A stretch of 64,000 nt of DNA from Eledone cirrhosa (taxonomy: Eukaryota): NCBI GenBank assembly GCA_964016885.1, contig OZ024741.1:168516001-168580000 (forward strand), written 5' to 3'. Position numbers and translations under genes: made by a program. Position 1 is the first letter of the stretch, and every line of letters starts with the position of its first letter. Below are positions 1-10,721 of this stretch, one piece after another. Below the pieces are notes generated by a model. It was not told where the DNA came from. It did no database searches and was given only the letters and a program-made list of their open reading frames with translations.

Positions 1-1662
1 CTGAATTGGAAAATTTATTCAAAAGAAGTATTTACACATACTGTAGAACTTACAGATATTTATAAATACAGAAAAATTAGTTGTACTTCCTTCATTAGCC
101 AATAAATGGAGCTAAATTATCAATGAGAACCATAAGCTTGGTGTTTTTTGGTAGTTTTCATTCTTAGTTTATTTGTTTCCAGCTTTGAGTTATATATGAA
201 CTATATTACAAATATTAAATTGTATTTTCCACGTTTTAAATTAGATTTTTGTTGGATCTTGGAATAGTGTGAAGATGGAAGATGTGTAAACGTTTTGTCA
301 CCTTGGAAATATGTTGAATAGAGAAGGTGCATCAGACTCTGTGTGTGATAGTGTCTGGAATGAAATGTGGATGGAAGAAAATCCAGGAATTGAGTGGTGG
401 AAAGGCAGGAAAGAATGGGAATGAGTAGAGAATTGCTGTGAGAGAGGAATACCGAAGTGCAGAGAATGATGGGAATAGAACCAGTGATAAATGTTGTGAA
501 GAGAAATAGAATGAGATCATTAGGTCATGTCTTAAAAGAGGATGAATGTGATTGGGTGAGAGGAGTGATGGAAATAAATGTGGTAGGAAGTAGAGGAGGT
601 AGAAGACCCTAAAAAGGAGCTAAAGTGATGGAAGAGGAAATGAAATCTATGGGATTGAAGAGAGATGCAGACAACTGGAAAAAATAGAGAGGTTTGTCAT
701 AGGGTTCATAAAACTAAGCGCTGTTTTAGCAAGAAGAAGGCATTAAAGTGCTTATTGTTAGATGTAGTTTTTCATGGTACCCAAAATGACATTGTGAGGG
801 ACACCTAATTACAGTGCACAGCACAACTAGGTATATCACACTGCACACCAAATTACAGATTTGGACTGGAGTAATATGAAATAAAGTATATTGCTCATGA
901 ATACAATACACTGACAGGAATCAAACTCACAAACTGAAAATTGTAAGTTGAACACCCTAAACCAATGGTTCTCAAAGTGTAAGGCTCAGCACATTATTTC
1001 ATATTGCTCCAGTCCATAAATCTGTCACAAAAAGAGTTGTACATTTAATTCAAAGGTCCAGCTTTGTCACACAGTTTCATGCTGAATCTCCCTGGAATTA
1101 GGTTCACAGTACATCTCTCTGTGCAGGGCTCAGCCACTTACATGTTCATTTCATGAAGCAGGCTGCTTCATTGATCGAACTACAGAAACACTTGGTGTTA
1201 GAACTAATGGAGGTCCAGCATGCACACACAAACACACACAAAAATAATCAATACCTATCATTTCACAGTAAACTATTCATATCTTCAGTTACAAGATGAA
1301 GAATGTTGAGGAACATATGTGTAATTTTCAAGAGAATCCTTCCCAATAGCTATGCCAATTAACATTGGGGATATTTAGAAATCTAGAACTTCAATCGAAT
1401 ATTTGGGCTATCTGGTATACTTTCAAAAACCTAATATACACAGACATACATACATATATGTATATTCATATATATATATATGCGTTTGTGTGCGTGTGTG
1501 TGTGTGTGTGTGTAATATTTATTATTAGCACAATTTAAAAGTTTAAGCAAACAATTTATACTTTCACCCCAAATCAGAATCTGAAACTGGGAAATATCAA
1601 TCTGTGGATGCAAAAGTGAATATTTCAAATATAAATATAGTTATATAAATATATATGTATAA

Positions 1663-1700
<38 letters not shown>

Positions 1701-1940
1701 TAGGAATTGTAACTTCAAGTTACTGTTGGTTCACCAAATTGACCACTCGATATGTAGTTACATCCTTTCCACTACGCAGAGTGTAAGGTTTGATCTCCAT
1801 AGATGGGTCCCAACTTTGGAATCAAAAGCTAATCAATCTCAAAACGCACGTCACATAAGCTTACTGATAATTTAACAACTCATCCCTACTTATTATTACT
1901 ATTATATATAAAAATATGTAAATGTATATATATATATATA

Positions 1941-3870
1941 TGCATCTGGCACGGTGGGACACACCATGGTCACCCGCATAGTTAACCAAGTCGTACAGAA
2001 TGGGGTTGTTCCGAAGGACTGGCATAGCAGCATCATCGTTAACTGTTATAAGGGTAAAGGAGACGCCCTAGATAGGAGTAACTATAGAGGCATTAAATTA
2101 ATCGACCAGGTCATGAAGGTCACGGAAAAAGTAATAGCGCAACTAATCAGAGAGAGAATTGATCTAGATGAAATGCAGTTCGGGTTTGTGTCAGGCAAAA
2201 GCACCACAGACGCTCTTTTCATAGTACGACAACTACAGGAGAAGTACCTAGCTAAAGGTAAACCCCTCTACTTAGCTTTTGTCGACCTGGAGAAAGCCTT
2301 CGACAGAGTCCCCCGCTCCATTATCTGGTGGGCTCTTAGAAAACTAGGCGTTGACGAATGGCTTGTGAGGGCTATACAAGCCATGTATAAAGAAACAGTG
2401 AGCAAGGTTAGAATTAACAACGAATATAGTGAAGAGTTTAGCGTAAAAGTTGGCGTCCATCAGGGCTCTGTTCTCAGCCCCCTACTATTTATTATTGCCC
2501 TTCAGGCTATAACAGAGGAGTTCAAGACAGGCTGCCCATGGGAACTCCTATACGCAGACGACCTGACACTCATAGCGGAATCAATGGCCGAGCTAGAGAA
2601 GAAATTCCAAACATGGAAGCACGGCCTAGAGTCAAAAGGACTTAAAATTAACCTGGCTAAGACCAAAGTTCTAGTTTGTAGGAAAGAAAACAAGGCGGCG
2701 GTCCCTTCTGGGAAATGGTCGTGCTCGGTATGTAGGAAAGGCGTAGGTAGAAACTCCATCTTATGTCCTAAATGCAAAGTATGGGTGCATAAAAGATGTA
2801 GTGGGATCACAGGTAAGCTAACTAAGAACATAGACTTTACATGTGGCCGGTGTTCTGGTGCAATAAGTAGCAGCAAGTGCCCACAAAATACTAGCTCTTT
2901 CAATTGCGCAGAGGGTTCTATAGAAATAGTGGACAGCTTCCGTTACCTGGGCGATAAAATCAGCAGTGGGGGAGGGTGCTCTGAAAGTACTGTAGCTAGA
3001 GTCAGAACTGGTTGGAAAAAGTTCAGAGAGCTTATACCACTATTAGCTGCTAAAGGGTTCTCCCTAAAAATGAAAGGCAGGTTGTACGAGGCCTGCATAC
3101 GAACAGCAATGTTGCATGGTAGTGAGACCTGGGCATTGTGTGCAGAGGATATACGCAGACTAGAGAGGAACGAAGCTTGCATGCTCCGCTGGATGTGTAA
3201 CAGTAATATACGTGAACGGCAAAGCATAAACGAACTAAGGAAAAAATTAGAGATAAGAGGGATCAGATGTTGTTTACTCGAGAGAAGGCTGCGTTGGTAT
3301 GGACACGTGATGCGCATGAAAGTCGATAGCTGTATTACAAAGTGCAGGGCAATAAAGATAGACGGTAGCCACGGAATAGGCAGACCTAGAAAAACATGGG
3401 ATGAGCTGATAAACTCCGACCTCACACACTTACACCTCTCCAAGACAATGTCACTGGACCGTGACCTTTGGCGGTACTCAGTAACAGAGAAGACCCGCCT
3501 TGCCAGTAGGCATCTCTAACAAACTACACCCCCCCCCCCCCCCACCCCATCCACACCACCCCGTTCTATGTAAAGTTATGTTGGTGCCGCGCCATCCAGG
3601 CCGAAACAAATGAGATCGTGTAGGTGTCACGACAAAAAAACACACAGTCCACGCTGTAATGTGGCCGTGTAGGCAACACGGTAAAAACCTCCCAGACCCA
3701 CACTGTAAATGTGGTTGGTGTTAGGAAGGGCATCCAACTGTAGAAAACCTGCCAGACAGTCCTATGCGAGCAAGACAATCACTCTTGCCTCAAGTGGGAC
3801 TACCCCCGTCCAAACCCATGCAAGCGTGGAACACGGACGTTAAACGTTGATGATGATGATGATGATGATG
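1941..3870 (+). mobile_element. RTE-clade non-LTR retrotransposon, 5'-truncated copy 1, (GAT)n tail, inserted in (TA)n
   Basis: RT ORF 1954-3519, then a ~330-bp 3' UTR ending ggacgttaaacgtt(gat)n; (TA)n on both sides; near-identical to 5984-7925 and 45302-45885. Confidence 0.93.
1954..3519 (+). CDS. Reverse transcriptase (RTE-type ORF, 5'-truncated, uninterrupted 521 aa) with an internal Cys/His zinc-finger-like insertion
   Basis: Motifs YKGKGD..NYRGIKL, QFGF, FVDLEKAFDRV, GVHQGSVLSPLLF, LLYADD, FRYLG, HGSETW, RLRWYGHV, GRPRKTW. The start is a truncation point, not a true ATG. Confidence 0.9.
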   Translation: MGHTMVTRIVNQVVQNGVVPKDWHSSIIVNCYKGKGDALDRSNYRGIKLIDQVMKVTEKVIAQLIRERIDLDEMQFGFVSGKSTTDALFIVRQLQEKYLAKGKPLYLAFVDLEKAFDRVPRSIIWWALRKLGVDEWLVRAIQAMYKETVSKVRINNEYSEEFSVKVGVHQGSVLSPLLFIIALQAITEEFKTGCPWELLYADDLTLIAESMAELEKKFQTWKHGLESKGLKINLAKTKVLVCRKENKAAVPSGKWSCSVCRKGVGRNSILCPKCKVWVHKRCSGITGKLTKNIDFTCGRCSGAISSSKCPQNTSSFNCAEGSIEIVDSFRYLGDKISSGGGCSESTVARVRTGWKKFRELIPLLAAKGFSLKMKGRLYEACIRTAMLHGSETWALCAEDIRRLERNEACMLRWMCNSNIRERQSINELRKKLEIRGIRCCLLERRLRWYGHVMRMKVDSCITKCRAIKIDGSHGIGRPRKTWDELINSDLTHLHLSKTMSLDRDLWRYSVTEKTRLASRHL

Positions 3871-4397
3871 ATATATATATATATATGAATTTTCATAAAA
3901 CTGTAGAAATCTCGACGCAGGGGCAGCTGTGAACAGTTGATTGCTATGTGCAATCTAACCCCATATTGAGCTGAAGAACTGAAAGAGTGGGCGAATGGAA
4001 GATTGAGTGACTAAAGCACGAGATGAGAAATGAGAGGGGAAGAGAGAGAAAAGAGAGAGAGAGAGAGGGGGAGAGAAGAGGAGTAGAGAAAATTGGGAAT
4101 GAGATTGATAGAGGAAAATATGGAGAATTGTGACATAAAAGATGATGCAGAAAAGATGAAGAATGTAAACTAAACAGGAATACAGAACTATAGTGTGGTG
4201 ATGACCTCTTCAGCTTCCTTCTAGATCCACATGGTTTTGCCCAGGTAAAAGGAAGTACCATGTTTATAAGGCTAGCCTGTGCAAAAGAACCAAAATGTCT
4301 GTTGGACAGACACTGGTATAGGTGAAATAAGTAAGACAAGTGAAGAGAACATATATATATATGTGTGTATGTATATGTGTATACATATATATTGTCA

Positions 4398-5003
4398 GGT
4401 CACCAGTTGGTGTTACTGGTAACATGTATCCCAGTACAACCTGTCTCATGGTCGGGTCGTTGGCGACTAAACTGGCAACCCCACCAAGGTTTCTTGGTGA
4501 GGAGGGTGACTTTGGACATCCTGCAGGACTAAAAACAAAACCTGTCAAAGGGCAAAGGAGCTCTTAAGAGTCAATGGCCATCCAAGATCACCGGGAGAGA
4601 TGACCCCTTAGCCTTTGTCAAGGCAGAATTCTAGGAGAAGGAAAACTCTGATATAACACCTGCAACCCTGATGGTATCCAATGATGTTGACTTGTTCTTC
4701 TTTTTGGTAAATATCATCTTGGTTAAGAGAGTGGGACTGGCTTTGTGCAGTGCCTTTGCTCACTATAAAAGCTTCACGGCACAGGCATTGCTTTATATCT
4801 GGAGATCTCTCTGCACTTGTCGTCACATGGTACCATGGGCCCAACACTATGTGTCAATAATTGTCACAAGTGTAGTGTTTGTACCAGAGTTTTCAAGTCG
4901 CTGGCTGGACTAAAAAGTCACACTCGTTCAGCGCATCAGTAGGGGTTCTCCTACATGGATATAAAGTAGTGGCCGTACTCGAAAACGAGTTGGCAGCCAC
5001 CAT
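4398..5003 (+). mobile_element. Non-autonomous bipartite RTE derivative (5' UTR joined to ORF C-terminus and 3' UTR)
   Basis: RTE-like 5' UTR motif ctaggagaaggaaaactctga (4631-4651); C2H2 finger CSVCTRVFKSLAGLKSHTRSAHQ* at 4871-4942, as at RTE ORF C-termini; terminal hairpin ctcg-aaaa-cgag; no RT or endonuclease in between; flanked by (TA)n. Confidence 0.65.
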
Positions 5004-5250
5004 ACTTATATATATATATATGTATGCATATATATAGAGAGAGATATACATGTATGCATATATATATATATGTATGTGTATTGTTTAACACCCCGCATAA
5101 TCCCAAACTTATCATTAATAACTAAATGTGTGCACTCTCAACCATGGAGAGGCATTTCAGAAATGCAGGTCTAGTGAAATTGTGTGGGAAATTTCGGCAT
5201 ACTGGCACAAACTGTGTTTATCTAGTTCAATACACATATGTATATATATA

Positions 5251-5656
5251 GATTTTGAGTTTATGTTGGTTGTATACCAACACCTCAGTATGCAGGCTGG
5301 AGCACTCGACGAAGTGCGCAGGTTGGTTTGGTTACTCCGGAGTAGTGTAAAATAAAGTTAAATAAAAAGTCAAATGATTAAAATTTAGCTTCATTTATTA
5401 CTGCTATATATATTTCAGTGACAGCCATCTTTGGCTGTGACCTCTTCAGGCAGTTGGAATTAGTATGGTATAGACAAGTACACATGTTGTTGAGGTGTAT
5501 AATATTGTCAATACTCTTATATGCCCAGTTCTTCGTTGGGTTGTTATTTCATTGAGGAACTGGAATCATATCTGAAGATGGCTGTCACTGAAATATATAT
5601 AGCAGTAATAAACGAAGCTAAATTTTAATCATTTGACTTTTTATTTAACTTTATTT

Positions 5657-5660
<4 letters not shown>
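5251..5660 (-). mobile_element. Penelope-like pseudo-LTR fragment with inverted arm
   Basis: ~82-bp inverted repeat (5349-5431 vs 5575-5658) containing a hammerhead motif; bounded by (TA)n. Confidence 0.65.
5400..5454 (-). ncRNA. Type I minimal hammerhead ribozyme
   Basis: Minus strand: ACTGC-CTGAAGA-GGTCACAGCCA/AAGA/TGGCTGTCACT-GAAA-TATATA-TA-GCAGT (stem I 5 bp, stem II 10/11 pairs, palindromic stem III, AUA site). Confidence 0.85.
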
Positions 5661-5729
<69 letters not shown>

Positions 5730-5805
5730 TAAAACTGAAAACAAAAAACAAAAACAAAGCGAAGAGGCAGTACGAAGTGTTAATATTAGGTTCACGCTTG
5801 AGAGC

Positions 5806-5849
<44 letters not shown>

Positions 5850-5880
5850 TATATATATATACTCATTATCTTTATCATAA

Positions 5881-5950
<70 letters not shown>

Positions 5951-5983
5951 CATACATATTTATATATATATACATATATATAG

Positions 5984-7891
5984 TGGTCACTGGATAGTAA
6001 ACCAAGTCATACAGAATGGGATTGTTCCGAAGGACTGGCGTAGCAGCAACATCATTAACTGCTACAAGGGTAAAGGAGATGCCCTAGATAGGGGTAACTA
6101 TAGAGGCATTAAATTAATCGACCAGGTCATGAAGGTCACAGAAAAAGTAATAACGCAACTAATCAGAGAGCTAATTGATCTAGATGAAATGCAGTTCGGG
6201 TTTGTGTCAGGTAAAAGTACCACAGACGCTCTTTTCATTGTACGACAACTACAGGAGAGGTACCCAGATAAAAGTAAACCCTATACTTAGCTTTTGTCGA
6301 CTTGGAGAAAGCCTTTGACAGAGTACCCCGTCTCATTATCTGGTGGGCTCTTAGAAAACTAGGTGTTGATGAATGGCTTGTGAGAGCTATACAAGCCATG
6401 TATAAAGAAACAGTCAGCAAGGTTAGAATAAACAACGAATATAGTGAAGAGTTTAGCGTTAAAGTTGGTGTTCATCAGGGCTCTGTTCTTAACCCCCTAC
6501 TATTTATTATTGCCCTTCAGGCTATAACAGAGGAGTTCAAGACCGGCTGCCCATGGGAACTCCTATACGCAGATGATCTAACGCTCATAGCTGAATCAAT
6601 GGCTGAACTAGAGAAGAAATTCCAAACATGGAAGCATGGCCTAGAATCAAAAGGCCTTAAAATTAACCTGTCTAAGACTAAAGTTCTAGTTTGTAGGAAG
6701 GAAAATAGGGCACCGGTCCCATCCGGGAAATGGCCATGCTCAATGTATAGGAAAGGAGTAGGCAGAAACTCCATTTTATGTCCCAAATGCAAAGTATGGG
6801 TGCATAAAAGATGAAGTGGGATCACAGGTAAGCTAACTAAGAACATAGATTTTATATGTGGCCAGTGCTCTGGTGCCATAAGTAGCAGCAAGTGCCCACT
6901 GAATACTAGCTCATTCCATTGCACAGATGGTTCTATAGAAATAGTGGACACCTTCCGTTACTTGGGTGACAAAATCAGCAGTGGTGGAGGGTGCTCTGAA
7001 AGTACAGTAGCTAGAGTCAGAACAGGATGGAAAAAGTTCCAAGAGCTTATACCACTATTAGCCGCTAAAGGGTTCTCTCTAAAAATGAAAGGCAGGCTGT
7101 ATGATGCCTGCATACGAACAGCAATGTTACATGGCAGTGAGACCTGGGCATTGTGTGCAGAGGATAAACGCAGACTGGAGAGGAACGAAGCTTGCATGCT
7201 CCGCTGGATGTGTAATAGTAATATACGTGAACGGCAAAGCACAAACGAACTAAGGGAAAAATTAGAAATAAGAGGGATCAGATGTTGTCTACTCGAGAGA
7301 AGACTACGTTAGTACGGTCACGTGATACGCATGAAAGACGACAGCTGTATAAAAAAGTGCAGAGCAAAAAAAATAGACGGTAGCCACGGAGTAGGCAGAC
7401 CAGAAAAACCTGGGACGACCTGATAAATTCCGACCTCACACACTTACACCTCACCAAGACAATGTCACTGGACCGAGACCTTTGGCGCTACACAGTAATA
7501 CAGAAGACCCGCCTTATCTAAGTACAAAGTGAAACCTACTACAGTCAGTAGGCACTCTAACAAAAATACACCCCCGTCCCACTACCCCCACCCCATCCAC
7601 ACCAGCCCTTTCAATGTAAAGTTATGCTGGTACCACAACATCCAGTCCGAAACAAATGAGGTCGTGTAGGTGTCACGACAAAAAAAACACACAGTCCACG
7701 CTGTAATGTGGCCGTGTAGGTAACACGGTAAAAACCTACCAGTCCACACTGTAAACGTGGTTGGTGTTAGGAAGGGCATCCAGCCGTAGAAAACCCGCCA
7801 GACAGTCCTATGCGAGCAAGACAACCACTCTTACCTCAAGTGGGAAAACCCCCGTCCAAACCCATGCAAGCGTGGAAGATGGACGTTAAAC

Positions 7892-7924
<33 letters not shown>

Positions 7925-7925
7925 A
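5984..7925 (+). mobile_element. RTE-clade LINE, 5'-truncated copy 2 (frameshifts and stops)
   Basis: Same family as 1941-3870; RT pieces 6302-6814 (YADD) and 6944-7312; in-frame stops; (GAT)n tail. Confidence 0.93.
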
Positions 7926-8016
7926 GTGGTAGAACACTGGAAGGTAATCCCTAGCGGTAGAGCACTCAGTCCATGGGACGAGTTAGGTAGAAGTGGTTAC
8001 AAAGCAGTTAGTTCAC

Positions 8017-8173
8017 CAGTTAGTTCACCATACCGAGAACAATTGTTTCACCTTAGCGGATCCTCAGCTCGTAATGGACATGGTTATATGGAACAGTTCC
8101 GTATAACCATATCCATTATGAGCTGAGGATCTGCTAAGGTGAAACAATTGTTCTCGGTATGGTGAACTAACTG
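8017..8173. repeat. Fold-back palindrome, 78-bp arms, 1-nt spacer (inverted Penelope-like pLTR end)
   Basis: 8017-8094 is the reverse complement of 8096-8173 with about 4 transition mismatches; next to (TA)n. Confidence 0.9.
8120..8155 (+). ncRNA. Type I minimal hammerhead ribozyme (mirror copy at 8035-8070 on minus)
   Basis: GAG-CTGAGGA-TC(T/C)GCTAAGGT-GAAA-CAATTG-TT-CTC; palindromic stem III CAATTG, GUU site; stem I extends by ccat/atgg. Confidence 0.75.
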
Positions 8174-8231
8174 TTGTGTAACAACTTCTATACATATATA
8201 TATATATATATACTCACTATTATTATCATAA

Positions 8232-8297
<66 letters not shown>

Positions 8298-8325
8298 CAT
8301 ATAATAATAATAATAATAATAATAA

Positions 8326-9540
8326 GCGCAGTAAATTCGCCATAAGCGCAGTAAATTCCCGAGCTGTGTCTATTATTAGGTACAGTGCGGGAATTCTGAG
8401 ATGGAATGTTGCTGAACAAAAAGAAATGGATAGGAAGACTAGGAAGCTATTGACTATCTACAACATGTTCCACAAGAGGAGTGATGTCGATAGACTCTAC
8501 CAAAGGAGATCTGAGGGTGGAAGAGGTCTTATCAGCATAGAGGACTGTGTTCAGATGGAGAAAAACAACCTATACAAATACGTGACTGATAGTAAGGAGC
8601 CAATGCTCAGAACTGTACTGAAGGAGGGGACAGTAAGTCAGGGGATGTCCAAGGAGGAAATAACATCAAGGAGAAAGAGCAGCCTTCAGGGAAAATCCCT
8701 TCATAGTACCTTCTTTGAGAAAACTGAATATAGAGATCCACAGACATGGAACTGGTTGAGAAGAGGAGACCTCAAAAAGGCTACAGAAGGAATGTTAATG
8801 GCTGCGCAGGAGCAGGCCCTCAAAACGAAGTGGTTGAAACACCATATTTACAAGGAGGAGGCTAGCCCACTGTGCAGGATCTGTGGAGAGAGAGAGGAGA
8901 CTGGCTCACATTGTATCCGAGTGTAAACACCTAGCCCAGACCCACTATAAAGGCTGGAGACATGATGTGATGGGCAGGGTGATCCACTGGCACCTATACA
9001 AAGTAAACAATTTACCACATTCTGAGAAGTGGTATAAGCATAAGCCAGAGTCGGTGATAGAAAACGATCAGGTGAAGGTGATATGGGATTTTAGGATACA
9101 GACGTACAAGAAACTGGAACACAATAGACCTGACCTGGTGGTTGTGGACAAAGAAAAAAGAGCGTGTCTGATTGTGGATGTGGCCTGCCCATTCGACACG
9201 AGAGTGCAAGAGAAGGAGAGGGAGAAAATTAACCGAGACCAAGACTTAAAGTGGGAGGTAAAAAGGATTTGGAACTGCCATGAAGTCAAAGTGATCCCGA
9301 TTGTCATAGGCGCACTGGGGACTATCTCCAAAAGTTTCCAAGGATGGTTAAAGAAAATCGGCCCCTTCACGCTTTTTGGAACGCTTCAAAAGGCATGCTT
9401 GGTGGGAACAGCAAGAACCCTCCGATACGTCCTGAATATCTGAGGCTGCAGGTAGTGGCTTGATATTCATTCCAACGGACTTTCCAGTTAATCAACATCA
9501 ATGACTGAGATTCAAGGAATAATAATAATAATAATAATAA
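8326..9540 (+). mobile_element. R4/Dong-like LINE 3' fragment (restriction-like endonuclease) in (TAA)n
   Basis: GGRGL, AAQEQAL, CRICGEREET..HIVSEC zinc knuckle, RHD, RPDLVVVDK..IVDVACP (PD..D RLE), IGALG, LQKACLVGT; one frameshift in a (GA)n run near 8890; (TAA)n on both flanks. Confidence 0.92.
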
Positions 9541-9767
9541 AAGTGAGTAAAATCAAAGTTAAAGCTGCAATTAGCATTTTTCCAAACCAATCTTCTAGGG
9601 CTGGCCCAAAGTATTCAATGAGGTGTTATCGATAAATAGATAAATTATATATATATATATATATACGGTTGTGTGTGTAAAATTGGCAGCAGATAGAAGA
9701 AATCGATGGTCATTGACTGCTAGCAGGGAACACGGACTATAAATTATGATTGTAATATACATCTGTA

Positions 9768-9985
<218 letters not shown>

Positions 9986-10520
9986 GATAGATATATATGT
10001 GTGTGTGCGTGTGAGAGAGAGAGAGAGAGAGCGCGAGAGAAATAGAGACAGTATAATGCATATTTCGCTTTGAGACTATGATATGAAGTGATTTTAACAA
10101 ATGATGTATATATGTGAGTGTATATGTTTATGTAAATGTGTCTGTGCATACATACATAACTATGCACACACACTCACACAAGACACATACTTACTAACAT
10201 GCATATAAAACCATGTAGTTAAAATATCCCTAATCAGCTTTCTATACTGAGTTATTTCGGTTAATGCTGTTCAATTCTTCAAAAGAATTGAGATTCAAAA
10301 TTTCTGATTCTTCATTCTCTCTACGTCTTTTATTTCATATTTGAAATCATTAACTATGGAGAGTGATTACATATAACAACCTGGTTTTCTTCCATATACA
10401 TTTCTTACAGTTGGTATAATATTAATTTTCTGAAACTGAGAAATTGCTGTTGTGTTCCGGTGTCACTTAAAATAATCTTGATTGAGGAAATTAGACTACA
10501 CTGCTTTATTTTGAGGTATG

Positions 10521-10573
<53 letters not shown>

Positions 10574-10721
10574 ATCACTGACAATCGTGGATAAGCACAG
10601 TAAGTAAAGTACTCAATGCATAATAGATTTGCTGATGGTTTCCTGGTGATTTCCTTCAAATGAAACAGTTCTAGTCCTGTAGAAGCCATTTCTATATTGA
10701 ATATTATATATATATATATAT

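Noticed and set aside
2502-3443. Antisense ORFs over the RTE, Dong and Tx1 coding regions
   Set aside because: Shadow frames of TE ORFs with no independent motifs
3690-3750. Twister or pistol ribozyme in the RTE 3' UTR
   Set aside because: The conserved twister (UAA..GC..CCC AAGC..GAGGG) and pistol cores are not present in the right order; reported as pseudoknots instead
3971-3990. CTGAAGA-ACT-GAAA hammerhead-like core
   Set aside because: No room for stem II and no stem I or III pairing
5625-6005. ORFs rich in YI/IY repeats (also 9595-10173, 26325-26681, 54618-54958 and others)
   Set aside because: Translations of (TA)n, (TG)n and (GA)n microsatellites, not genes
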